Of a DNA stretch of 64,000 bases, positions 46,954 to 56,616 are shown piece after piece (the stretch's first letter is position 1; each line of letters begins with the position of its first letter). The notes under the pieces were generated by a model. That model searched no databases, was not told the origin of the DNA, and was given only the letters and a program-made list of their open reading frames with translations. The stretch comes from an uncultured Gammaproteobacteria bacterium (GTDB lineage Bacteria > Patescibacteriota > Microgenomatia > Daviesbacterales > UBA10151). The position numbers were made by a program, and so were the translations under genes. Location: assembly GCA_964405655.1 (NCBI GenBank), contig CAYOOO010000002.1:2022-66021 (forward strand), written 5' to 3'.

Positions 46954-48810
46954 ATGAGCTCATTAGCAGAACGAGCCAGAAGTTTAGGTCGCTATATACA
47001 AAGTAGTCTGCCTTTTACTCGCTCCGAAGCTCGAACAATTAAAGTTATAGAGCCTCCAACTATTGTCATTGAGACTGAAGATGGTAGCAGAACTGGTAGA
47101 AGAAAGGCTTTAAAAGCTCTAAAGCAGCAACCAGTTGGAGTCCTCCACAGATCAATTATTGAAATCCATAACCAACTAGGAAGAAGTAAAAAAAGGGTTA
47201 ATAAACTAATAGGAGACAACTTAAGCTGGGGAGAGATAATCTATTCAGCAGACCCTGCTCTACTGGGATATTTGTCAGTTAGACGCAGGTTAGCAGAAAC
47301 AATGGATTACTTGCAGATGGCAAATTTAAGCATCCCTTTAGCCTCCCCAGAATATCTGAATGTTTTAGAGCGTGAGAATTTATTCGATTACAAAGTTGGA
47401 GGAGTGAGCTTTTTAGAGATTGAAAAGATGCCGATGCAGCCAGAGTTAAGTCTGGAGGATATCTCCAGAATTGACCGCCTGACTATGGATGGAAAGAAAC
47501 TCTTTTTCGGCAGGGAAGTTGGTTACCTGAGATTTGCCCTGCTTTATCTAGCGGCTTTTAACTATGCCCGGCCAGACTCAAAAGTAAGTCTGCCGGAAAA
47601 CTTACGTGAGCTGCGAAGACGGGCTGTTGGCTATTTTGATTATTATACTGACTTAATGACCCAGTTTAACTTATCAGATGAGGTGGATTTACATCTAATC
47701 TGGGATCTTATGGGAGGCAGATCTTTTCTTCCACATGCTTTAGCAACCTACATCCCAGCCCGAAGAGGCATTACTCCATCTTCTGCAGTTAAACTGTTTG
47801 AAACAAAGTTTCAATCGATGGAACCTATCTTTGGGTTTTCCAGTAGAATCTGGGCAAGGAGGATGACGAGAGCAATGATAGCTTCAACTAAACAGGCTTA
47901 TTCTCAAAACTGCTTACCTGAAGACTTAGAGAAGTTCCAGCACTATGATCCTGAAGCAGATAGTAGAGCTTCAGAGAGAGTTTTACAACACTTTGATCAA
48001 TATTCAGCTGATCCTGAGGTTTACGAGAATGCTTCGGCAGTTTTAAAAAGGTTTCAGCAGCAGTATCGTAAAAAATTAAGAAGAGAGATTTTAGGTTCAA
48101 AAAATGGCAGGGTAAGAATAGATATGGGACAAGCTGGAATAGCCAGTTCCTTAACAGCTGCCCGCCATTATCAAGATACTTTAATGTTTGTTTTGCATTT
48201 TGATCCGCAAACTCATCTGACCATTGAGCTTGATAGAGCAGGCAAGATCTATGGAATCCCTGCCAATCTTTTTAGAAATGATCCTAATATAGCTTTAGCT
48301 ATGACAGACAGGTTGTTAGATCCGGTTATGAAGTGGTTAGATTTACGCTATCCAACTACAACTCAAGCTGCTATTTCTGCTCCCTGGCGAATACCCCAAT
48401 TAGTTGAGCTGGTTACCAAAGATGAAGAAATAGCTACTACACCAAAAAGAAAAACTTTAAGGTTACCAAGACCAAGTGAAATTATGCATACTACTCCAAA
48501 AACCAGTGTGGCTGGTGAGTCTGAAAGAAGAAAATGTGTTGTCATACACTCTAGAAAGAAGGTTAAAGAAATGTTGCCAAAAAATACTCCTGAGGAAGCA
48601 GTAGATAGGATCATGGCAGCAATTAAGGACTATGAATTTGGCAGGGATGCATCTGCCAAGACTTTGCAGTTATCTGGTGGATTAGTCCAAATTAGAACAG
48701 GAGATTTTAGGGTAGAATTAGAGCATCAAAGAGGCAGGATTTTTAGATTAGTTGATGCTGGAGATAAGAAGGATATCAGGAGAAGAGTTCAGCCTAAGGT
48801 ATTAACTTAA
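46954..48810 (+). CDS. Large hypothetical protein with putative C-terminal RelE/ParE-like domain
   Basis: C-terminus VDRIMAAIKDY...QIRTGDFRVELE...LVDAGDKKDI; likely start MSSLAER. Confidence 0.6.
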   Translation: MSSLAERARSLGRYIQSSLPFTRSEARTIKVIEPPTIVIETEDGSRTGRRKALKALKQQPVGVLHRSIIEIHNQLGRSKKRVNKLIGDNLSWGEIIYSADPALLGYLSVRRRLAETMDYLQMANLSIPLASPEYLNVLERENLFDYKVGGVSFLEIEKMPMQPELSLEDISRIDRLTMDGKKLFFGREVGYLRFALLYLAAFNYARPDSKVSLPENLRELRRRAVGYFDYYTDLMTQFNLSDEVDLHLIWDLMGGRSFLPHALATYIPARRGITPSSAVKLFETKFQSMEPIFGFSSRIWARRMTRAMIASTKQAYSQNCLPEDLEKFQHYDPEADSRASERVLQHFDQYSADPEVYENASAVLKRFQQQYRKKLRREILGSKNGRVRIDMGQAGIASSLTAARHYQDTLMFVLHFDPQTHLTIELDRAGKIYGIPANLFRNDPNIALAMTDRLLDPVMKWLDLRYPTTTQAAISAPWRIPQLVELVTKDEEIATTPKRKTLRLPRPSEIMHTTPKTSVAGESERRKCVVIHSRKKVKEMLPKNTPEEAVDRIMAAIKDYEFGRDASAKTLQLSGGLVQIRTGDFRVELEHQRGRIFRLVDAGDKKDIRRRVQPKVLT

Positions 48811-48820
48811 GTTTTTAATC

Positions 48821-49813
48821 ATGGCAGCAGAAATTGATTTACCAAATCCAGTTCTTTCGTCACATTTAGTACGCTCAAGGCAGTTAGGTTATCAGAGCTT
48901 GGCAGCCATGCCTGCAAGATTATCTCTACCTTTGTCTTTAGAAATCTTTGAGGATTTGAGCGACAGACGGAAAAAGGTGGGTCAACTCGAACGGGAAGTC
49001 ATAGTTCCAAATGAAGAGGTTTCAGAAAGAGTTGCCTTTTTAGGTCAATATGGACAATTACAACCTACCTTAAGGCAGGTACTTGATTTTTTAGTCAGAG
49101 AAACTATCCTTCTTCAACCTTTAACTCAACTTGGATTTGATAGCGTTGTTAAATACTTTTTTAATATTGATCAAGTAGCAGGCATACCAATTGCTTGGAA
49201 CCGTATGGATTTAAGATCAGATGGAGCATATAACCACGATGAGGGTATATTGATGAAATTCGGACCTCCCTTACCTGAGAGTTTACTGATTAGTCTGGCA
49301 AGGACAGGTTTAGTTGATAATAGCTCATTGATTCTGACTCATGAATTAGTTCATTCCAAGCAGGCAGCCAGAAAGAAGAAAAGAGGAGAGTGGTATAAAA
49401 AACATCGGGAGTTTATGGAAGTCCATGCTTATATCAGCGAAGGTAGAGCTCAATATTCTGATCGCGGCAGATTAAAAAAACACATTTTAACTGCAGTTGG
49501 GTATGACAAAAAGCTAGTCTATCCTGGGGCAGATCCTTTTAAGATAATGTTTGCTATTTGGGCAGTTGATAGATTGCTAGCTTTGGGTTTTACCCATAAT
49601 CAAATTTGCGATAGAGAAGCAAATCTTGGTAACTGGAATCAAAGAAGATCTGTTTATGGAAGATTCTCTAAAACAATAGCATCAAGCTCTAGGAGGTTTC
49701 AGTTATCCTCTACGAACTTAGATGGTTTAGTTGAAGGGAATGATTTGATTCTGCGTGAACATAGAAGCATAGTCAGGTTGATAGCTCAAGAAGAACTTAA
49801 AAAAGCTGCTTAA
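48821..49813 (+). CDS. Putative zincin metallopeptidase
   Basis: LTHELVHSKQ plus downstream EVHAY. Confidence 0.6.
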   Translation: MAAEIDLPNPVLSSHLVRSRQLGYQSLAAMPARLSLPLSLEIFEDLSDRRKKVGQLEREVIVPNEEVSERVAFLGQYGQLQPTLRQVLDFLVRETILLQPLTQLGFDSVVKYFFNIDQVAGIPIAWNRMDLRSDGAYNHDEGILMKFGPPLPESLLISLARTGLVDNSSLILTHELVHSKQAARKKKRGEWYKKHREFMEVHAYISEGRAQYSDRGRLKKHILTAVGYDKKLVYPGADPFKIMFAIWAVDRLLALGFTHNQICDREANLGNWNQRRSVYGRFSKTIASSSRRFQLSSTNLDGLVEGNDLILREHRSIVRLIAQEELKKAA

Positions 49814-50654
49814 TAGGGAAATTCTGGTAGCCGTTTAGGAACTCTTTTAAACTAACAGGAGCTTTTCCTTCTATTTGAACTTTTCCTTCTGGTAAAAGTT
49901 TAACTATTTTCCCATTCCATTTAGTCCAGGCAGTTGGCCAAGGGTAATAGGCTCTAATCATCCTATCTAACTTCTCAAGAAATTCCTGGAGGGCCTGCTT
50001 GCCGGTAGGCAAGTTATTAATCTCAAAATACCCATCCTCTTTAGTCACCTTATCACAAAAAGTTGCTATCGCATGATTTTGTGCAGTTGATTTGAGTTTT
50101 CCCAAGATATAATCTTTAATAATTTGAGTTATATCCTGACTTGCTTGTTGAAAAATTTTGTTACCCAAAGTTTGGTAATTATCACCGCTATCTATATCTA
50201 AACTCTTTTGATAAAGAATTGGTCCATGATCCATATTCTCATCTAGAAGCATATAACTCATCCCAGTTTCTTTTTCTCCTTCTAAAATTGCAGTTTGCAA
50301 AGGAGAAGGACCCCGAAACTTTGGAAGAAGTGATGGGTGAAGATTAATAGTTCCAAGTTTGGGAAGATCTAAAACTACTTGTGGAATGATCTTGCCATAA
50401 GCTGCTACTACAAACAGATCTGGCTCAAGTGATTTAATGCTGTCAGCAAAATCTTGATCTAATCTTTCAGGGCTGAAAATGGGTATATTTTGGTCTAAAA
50501 ACGCTTGTTTGACTGGTGTAGGAGCAAGCTTTAGATGACGTCCAGAAGGCTTATCAGGGACTGTAACTATTGCTTGCAAATTAAAGTTTTTTTGGAGTGC
50601 TTGAGCAACCGGAACAACAAAAGATCTTGAGCCAAAGAAAATAATTCTTGTCAT
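49797..50654 (-). CDS. fmt: Methionyl-tRNA formyltransferase
   Basis: VAAYGKII, NLHPSLLPKFRGPSP, MDHGPI, IRAYYPWP. Confidence 0.96.
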   Translation of the reverse strand: MTRIIFFGSRSFVVPVAQALQKNFNLQAIVTVPDKPSGRHLKLAPTPVKQAFLDQNIPIFSPERLDQDFADSIKSLEPDLFVVAAYGKIIPQVVLDLPKLGTINLHPSLLPKFRGPSPLQTAILEGEKETGMSYMLLDENMDHGPILYQKSLDIDSGDNYQTLGNKIFQQASQDITQIIKDYILGKLKSTAQNHAIATFCDKVTKEDGYFEINNLPTGKQALQEFLEKLDRMIRAYYPWPTAWTKWNGKIVKLLPEGKVQIEGKAPVSLKEFLNGYQNFPIKQLF

Positions 50655-51169
50655 ATTGTGACTTCTTCAAAAACATCTGCTCCAGTTCTGTCTTTGCCAA
50701 CTACTTTAAAAACCCTAGATTTTTGTTCTAAAGCTAAATCCATAAATAATTTACCCTGTAAATGGTCATACTCATGTTGAAAAATCCAAGCCGGAATACC
50801 TGTTAACCTCTCTTTAACTTCATTACCTTTTTCATCCAAATATGAGACTGTAACGGTTAAAAACCTAGTAATCTCAGCATAGTAATTAGGGATAGAAAGA
50901 CAACCCTCAAGATACAGCTTAGTCTTTTTTGAAAACTTAAATATCTTAGGATTAAAAACTGCTTTGAAAGTATTATCTGTAGTTTTCATGATAAAAAATT
51001 GTTCATTATTTCCAATTTGGGTTGATGCTAAGCCCACTCCCTCTGGATCAACAAAACTTTTGGTGGTTTTGATCATCTCTTTGATGGTATTTAACAAACC
51101 TTGATTAATTTTCTTGACTGGTTTAGTTTTAAATCTTAAACGTGGATCAGGCGCTTGAACTACGTACAT
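50651..51169 (-). CDS. def: Peptide deformylase
   Basis: GVGLASTQ, EGCLS, QHEYDH. Confidence 0.97.
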   Translation of the reverse strand: MYVVQAPDPRLRFKTKPVKKINQGLLNTIKEMIKTTKSFVDPEGVGLASTQIGNNEQFFIMKTTDNTFKAVFNPKIFKFSKKTKLYLEGCLSIPNYYAEITRFLTVTVSYLDEKGNEVKERLTGIPAWIFQHEYDHLQGKLFMDLALEQKSRVFKVVGKDRTGADVFEEVTI

Positions 51170-51269
51170 ACCTAAAAGTTTACCATTTTAACACTAAATT
51201 TTAAATAAAGTCTCATAGTTTTAAAATTTTCTATCCTATATAATAGAACCTTAGTGTTATAATAAGACA

Positions 51270-51617
51270 ATGTCAGTTGTTGAAAACTTAAGTAATTTAG
51301 GAAAAGAGCTAGTTGATTGGTGTAGGGATGCAAGAGTTTACCACGAAGTCCTCAGAGATGGCCGGCAAGATTATGCACTGAACGTCTGGGCGATAAAGAC
51401 CTTAGACCCAACCTTAATACCTGTGGCAGATTTATTGGCAAGGGAACAAGTATTACTGGATAACCCGGATCTGACCGCTAAAATGGACAGCATCAGACGA
51501 CCAGTAGTACTATTGCCCAAAGCTATCAGATTAGTCTTGGCTTTGGCGGACTATACAGTTATTGATTGGACAAGATTTATTTTTTCTGACGATCAATACA
51601 GTCGGATAGAGTTCTAA
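51270..51617 (+). CDS. Hypothetical protein
   Basis: ORF 6 nt after TGtTATAAT. Confidence 0.65.
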   Translation: MSVVENLSNLGKELVDWCRDARVYHEVLRDGRQDYALNVWAIKTLDPTLIPVADLLAREQVLLDNPDLTAKMDSIRRPVVLLPKAIRLVLALADYTVIDWTRFIFSDDQYSRIEF

Positions 51618-51892
51618 CTCTTCTTCTCAGAAAAGGTATTTTTTAGCTGTTTTAATCTCCACATAAATACCCGAGCTTTGTTTTTGGCTGTTAAATACCC
51701 CTTGGTGAAACTCAAAGCTTCCTCAAGCAGGTTTCTTGGTAGTTGTTTGGCAAGCTTAATATAAAGAGAGTAATGTTTTGGATCTCCTAAAGTATCTGCC
51801 AGGTATACTCCATATTCTTGGAACTCTTTACTTAAGTTTTTGGGTCTTTTTAAGCCTTTTGTTTCTTCTAAAACCTTAGCAATACTTTTCAT
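51614..51892 (-). CDS. Small basic hypothetical protein
   Basis: EFQEYG..LA..L.D.KH.SLYIKLAK...ARVFMW; host-like composition. Confidence 0.75.
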   Translation of the reverse strand: MKSIAKVLEETKGLKRPKNLSKEFQEYGVYLADTLGDPKHYSLYIKLAKQLPRNLLEEALSFTKGYLTAKNKARVFMWRLKQLKNTFSEKKS

Positions 51893-51895
51893 TTT

Positions 51896-53275
51896 CTACT
51901 GTGAACAAGTAAAGGGAGCTAGTGGGTCAGTTTTAACTAGTCCTCCCCATTCTACCATTGTAAAGCTGAAGCCCTCTCTTTTTGGAGTGATTAAGATTGG
52001 CTGAGTCACCTGGGTTGGTTTATCTAAAGCCTGGAAATATAAGTGGACTCTAATAGTCTGATCAGGTTTAGGTGTTAGATAAAGAGGCTCAATTTGATCA
52101 ATTTGCTTTTGATCAACTATTCCAACAAAATAATAAGAAGAATTAGGCAGTGCATTTAGCCAGTAATCTTTAAACTGCTGAGTTTCTTTAGAATTTAGTC
52201 CTAGTTTAGGCAAGATATCATCAAACAAAACAGGTAACTTATCAAAAGTTACAACAAATCCCTGATCAGGCTTGTTTAAATCTTTGTCTTCTATTTTAGC
52301 CTCATAATAGAGATAAGGATACTCTTTATTATCAACTATTAACTTTCCATCAGGATAAGCAGTTGCATTCCAGCCAGAAAGTGGATAAAGGGGATCAGTG
52401 TAGGTCAGATCAACTTTAGGATCAATCTTGACATTAATTACAGTTGCTTGTTTAGGGTAAAGATAAACTGCTGGTTTGCAGTGAACATACCAGGCACCTG
52501 CTATAGCAAGCTTGTCTTGTTGGAGCAGAAAGTATTGAAGCTGTAACTCTTCTTTGTCTTGGCTGACATCTTGGTTTGGGAAAATAAGCTTTGGCGCCTC
52601 AGCGCCTGGAGAGGGAAGGCTAACCCCTTTTTTATTTAAACCCTGGCATTCCTTGATTGCTTCCGGCGGGACTGGAGAGCCAAGTTTATCTACAGCCTGA
52701 TAGACATCAGTTACCATGAAAGTTCGCTTATAGCCAATTGATCCGCCGTCAAAGGTTTTAGGACTGTTGTCCGAATTGAGGTGAGCTAGGAATATTAAAC
52801 CAATAGTACTGGGTTGAAATTTAAAAGCTCCTCCGTTGCTTAGGTGTACCTCCCCATGTTTTTTAGGGTACATAATAAGAAACTTTCCTCTGCCTGGGAT
52901 ATCAATAAAGTTTTGGGGGCCAAAATCAACTGCAATTCCCTGATTATCGACTCCTGGTTCTTTTAAATTCTCATTCAAATAATTGGTTGCGACATAGACA
53001 TTTGATAGGACGAGCTGGTACTTAATTTTAGTAGAAGTATCCAGATCAACTGATCCTTGGAAGATTTTAGTGTACTGGTTATTTCCACCTCGTGAATAAC
53101 GGTAAGCATCTACTTGAGTTGACCCTGATTCAACCTTGCAACCCTCAGTAATAATTGGAGAACTACTCACTGGGGCTGTTGGTATCTCAACTGGCCAGAT
53201 AATTAAAATTGCTAAAAACAAAAGCATTAGCAAAATAAGCTGGATATAGCCTTTCTGTTTTGGTAAATTTGCCAT
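51896..53275 (-). CDS. Exported hypothetical protein with C-terminal KPxxYLYP domain
   Basis: Pilin-like N-terminus QKGYIQL plus TM; CKPAVYLYP, YPYLYYE, VEWGG. Confidence 0.7.
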   Translation of the reverse strand: MANLPKQKGYIQLILLMLLFLAILIIWPVEIPTAPVSSSPIITEGCKVESGSTQVDAYRYSRGGNNQYTKIFQGSVDLDTSTKIKYQLVLSNVYVATNYLNENLKEPGVDNQGIAVDFGPQNFIDIPGRGKFLIMYPKKHGEVHLSNGGAFKFQPSTIGLIFLAHLNSDNSPKTFDGGSIGYKRTFMVTDVYQAVDKLGSPVPPEAIKECQGLNKKGVSLPSPGAEAPKLIFPNQDVSQDKEELQLQYFLLQQDKLAIAGAWYVHCKPAVYLYPKQATVINVKIDPKVDLTYTDPLYPLSGWNATAYPDGKLIVDNKEYPYLYYEAKIEDKDLNKPDQGFVVTFDKLPVLFDDILPKLGLNSKETQQFKDYWLNALPNSSYYFVGIVDQKQIDQIEPLYLTPKPDQTIRVHLYFQALDKPTQVTQPILITPKREGFSFTMVEWGGLVKTDPLAPFTCSQ

Positions 53276-53308
53276 TATAAAAATATTTTAACAGCTTTTA
53301 GGAATCAA

Positions 53309-55453
53309 TTAAGGAGTATTTGCAGATAAAGTGGCTATTTCTTCTTGTTTTTTTAAAGCGTCTGGATCATTGGGGGTAATCTTTAAAACTTCTTTAATCT
53401 CTTGTTCTGCATTCTCTTTTTGCTGCAAATTTGTATAGAGCTCAGCCAGTAAGAAGTGGGCTTCCTTATAATTAGGTTTTAGCTCAACTGCTTTTTGAGC
53501 TGGTTCAGCTGCCTCTTCTAGCTTGTTAAATTGTTGAAGTACCACTCCTTTTTGGTAATAAAGCTTAGCATCAGTTGGGGCTAGCTTAATCGCTTGATCT
53601 AAAGTTTTTAGAGTTGTTTGTTCAAGATCTTTATCAATTAAAGCTAGTTGGAAGTAAGTTCTAAAAGCGCTTCGATAAAGTGAAACATTTTTTGGACTCA
53701 AGTCTAAAGATTGTTCTGTTTGATCTAAGGCAATTTTTTTATACCTTGCTGACCTGGTCGCATCTTCCTCTGAGAGGGCAATAGCAATCGACGAGGCAGC
53801 ATAACCCAAATCGCTTTTAAAAATTGGTTCACCTCTATTTAAAGCAGCAGCCATGACTAAATTTTCATAAGCCTTTCCTGGCTTACCAGCTTCATTATAA
53901 TTTGAACCTTTGCGGTAGTAGAAATCAGCTAACCACCAGGTCCCAACTGTAAAAACTAAAAAAGCGGCAGAAAGAATGACTAAAATTTGGACTAAATTTG
54001 TAGTGAGCGGTTTTCTATAGATAAATGAAACGATACTTAAAAGCAGTGGATTAATCTTTTTAGGCGATAATGGTTTTAGGCTATTGGTATCAAAAAAGAC
54101 TACTACTGGGAAGAGAAAGAAGAATAATGCCACAATTACAACTGAAAAAAGAAAAAAGTTTTGGATTAAATAGAATAGATAGGAAGCAAATATTGCAGCT
54201 ATTAAAAGTTTACAAGAATAATTTTCATCACTTTTAACTTTAGAAAGGATTTTTTTAAGACAGAAAAAGATAAATGAAAAAATTATTGACATGTAGCTTA
54301 TAAATCCAAAAGCACCAGTGGTAGCAAGATAATTTAAGTATTCATTATGAGCTTTGTTATATAAAAAGTCCCATTCAGAGACGTAGTTGTGCGAGATGGG
54401 CCTGAAGTTATAGTAAGAGTAGGCAAAGGTCTCTACTCCTGATCCAAACAGAGGGTAAGCTTTAAATATATCAATTGTTCCTTTCCAGACAATCAATCTA
54501 ATTCTTCCTGATTCAGTCCCCCCATTTTCAAGTTGTGTTCCAGTAGTTTGGGAGACAGAAATTCCAGGCCTTGGTGGAGGAGCCCCTTTTTTAATTAACC
54601 TAAAATCACCAGTTAAAGCTGAGCCATATAATAGGTTGATAAATACAAACAAGGCCAAAACTAGTCCAAGCGGCAAGAGACCAGATAATTTGTTTTTAAT
54701 CTTGCTTGAGATATTGGTATAGAGGCAGTAGCCAGAGAATATAAAAAGTCCTGCCAAAAGTCCCAAGCTTGCTCCTCTGGAATAAGTAAAGGTAAAAGCT
54801 AAATAGAAAGCTGTGGTAGAAAACAAATAAAAATTCCTGCTCAGGCTAGATTTTGCTGCTAAGAAAAAATAAAGAGAAGGAAAAATTAACATCCCAAGAT
54901 ATGCTGCCAGCCAGTTAGGTTGACCCAGTGTGGCAAAAACTCTGGCTTGAACATCTTGAACCCAACAATCTGCACTAAATGTTCGATTCAGAAGGTAACA
55001 AGAAGGGGACAGACCAAAATGTTCAGGAATTGCATAAAGTGCGACAACTAACCCACCAAAGATAGCCCCCTTTAGAAACTTTTGTATCGAGTCAAAACTA
55101 AAGTTAGAGACTAACGCATAAAAAAGTAAGATATAAGAAAGTGTAGAAAAAAGCCCACCATTCAATCTTGAGTAGTAACCAAAAACTGAAGTGTGTCTGT
55201 CTATTGAAAAAATGGTCGATAAGATTTGGCTTATCAAAAAAAGAGCTAGGGGAATATCTAAAGGAGTTAGAGTCAAGATAATCTTTTTTTGATTGATCAT
55301 CTTCAGAATCCAGGTTGTGGAAATAACAATAGTCAAAAGATAAACAAGTAACATCTTATTAAACTCAAATAACTCTGAGTTAACAGAGCTGAAGACAAGA
55401 GGGGTTAGAAAAAAGAGCAAGTAGAAGCTATAAAACAAAATTTTTTGAAGCAT
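53309..55453 (-). CDS. O-antigen-ligase-family membrane protein with C-terminal TPRs
   Basis: ATLGQPNWLAAYL, TYSRGA, R..VW, KAHNEYL; TPR-like tail. Confidence 0.88.
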   Translation of the reverse strand: MLQKILFYSFYLLFFLTPLVFSSVNSELFEFNKMLLVYLLTIVISTTWILKMINQKKIILTLTPLDIPLALFLISQILSTIFSIDRHTSVFGYYSRLNGGLFSTLSYILLFYALVSNFSFDSIQKFLKGAIFGGLVVALYAIPEHFGLSPSCYLLNRTFSADCWVQDVQARVFATLGQPNWLAAYLGMLIFPSLYFFLAAKSSLSRNFYLFSTTAFYLAFTFTYSRGASLGLLAGLFIFSGYCLYTNISSKIKNKLSGLLPLGLVLALFVFINLLYGSALTGDFRLIKKGAPPPRPGISVSQTTGTQLENGGTESGRIRLIVWKGTIDIFKAYPLFGSGVETFAYSYYNFRPISHNYVSEWDFLYNKAHNEYLNYLATTGAFGFISYMSIIFSFIFFCLKKILSKVKSDENYSCKLLIAAIFASYLFYLIQNFFLFSVVIVALFFFLFPVVVFFDTNSLKPLSPKKINPLLLSIVSFIYRKPLTTNLVQILVILSAAFLVFTVGTWWLADFYYRKGSNYNEAGKPGKAYENLVMAAALNRGEPIFKSDLGYAASSIAIALSEEDATRSARYKKIALDQTEQSLDLSPKNVSLYRSAFRTYFQLALIDKDLEQTTLKTLDQAIKLAPTDAKLYYQKGVVLQQFNKLEEAAEPAQKAVELKPNYKEAHFLLAELYTNLQQKENAEQEIKEVLKITPNDPDALKKQEEIATLSANTP

Positions 55454-55555
55454 CTTAGATTAAGAGCATCATAAATAAGTTTTTAATAATACGCAACATT
55501 TTGGATCGATATTGTTGTCTGATTTAAACTTAGTGTGTTAAACTGCTGATCAGTC

Positions 55556-56614
55556 ATGTTTGGCAGATTCTGGCAACTCTTTTCCCATGATATTGGTATA
55601 GATTTAGGGACTGTGAATACCCTGGTGGCAGTCAGGGGTAAGGGAATAGTTATTCGTGAGCCATCAGTAGTAGCAATTCACAAAAAATCACGTCAGGTTT
55701 TGGCAATTGGTGTTGAAGCCAAAAGAATGCTAGGTAGAACTCCAGCAGTCATTGAAGCTGTCAGACCCTTAAGAGATGGAGTTATCTCAGACTTTGATAC
55801 AACTGAGGCTATGCTACGTCACTTTATTCAGAAAGTTCACCAAGCCCCGGCATCCGCCGGCTGGCGGATTCCTAAAATCCCCAGGCCTAGGGTAGTAATA
55901 GGTATCCCCTCAGGTGTAACAGAGGTGGAAAGAAGAGCTGTCCAGGACGCAGCTATGTCAGCCGGCGCTAGGGAAGCTTATTTAATAGAGGAACCAATGG
56001 CAGATGCTATTGGGGCAGATCTCAAGATAGAGGAGCCCGAGGGAAATTTAGTGGTGGATATTGGTGGAGGCACAACTGAGATAGCAGTAATCTCCCTGGG
56101 GGGAATAGTTTTGAACAGATCCTTGAGGATTGCTGGGGATGAGATGGATCAAGATATTCTCTCCTATATGAGGATGCGCTATGGAATGCTAATTGGTGAG
56201 CGGACAGCAGAGGATGTCAAGATTGAGCTAGGTAGTGCCACCCAGTTAAATAAAGAAAAGGAGTTTGTTATTAGGGGCAGGGAACTGGCAACTGGCTTAC
56301 CAAAATCTATCAAGGTCACCTCAACTGAGATCAGGGAGGCAATCTCCTCTACAATTACTCAAATCATTAATACTATTCATGAAGTTTTAGAAGAAACTCC
56401 ACCTGAGCTTTTGTCAGATATACTAGAGCGGGGAATTTTCATTACCGGTGGTGGGGCACTGATTAAGGGCCTTGATAAAAGGATCTCAGACGAAACAAAA
56501 ATGCCTGTTTGGATAGCAGAAGATCCTTTAACTACAGTTGTCAGAGGTTGCACTAAAGTTTTAGATGATTTGGATCTACTATCAAAGGTTAAAGTCACCG
56601 GTGGGTTAAGGTAA
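55556..56614 (+). CDS. mreB: Rod shape-determining protein MreB (paralog 2)
   Basis: IGIDLGTVN, RPLRDGVISD, DIGGGTTE, TGGGAL. Confidence 0.96.
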   Translation: MFGRFWQLFSHDIGIDLGTVNTLVAVRGKGIVIREPSVVAIHKKSRQVLAIGVEAKRMLGRTPAVIEAVRPLRDGVISDFDTTEAMLRHFIQKVHQAPASAGWRIPKIPRPRVVIGIPSGVTEVERRAVQDAAMSAGAREAYLIEEPMADAIGADLKIEEPEGNLVVDIGGGTTEIAVISLGGIVLNRSLRIAGDEMDQDILSYMRMRYGMLIGERTAEDVKIELGSATQLNKEKEFVIRGRELATGLPKSIKVTSTEIREAISSTITQIINTIHEVLEETPPELLSDILERGIFITGGGALIKGLDKRISDETKMPVWIAEDPLTTVVRGCTKVLDDLDLLSKVKVTGGLR

Positions 56615-56616
56615 CT

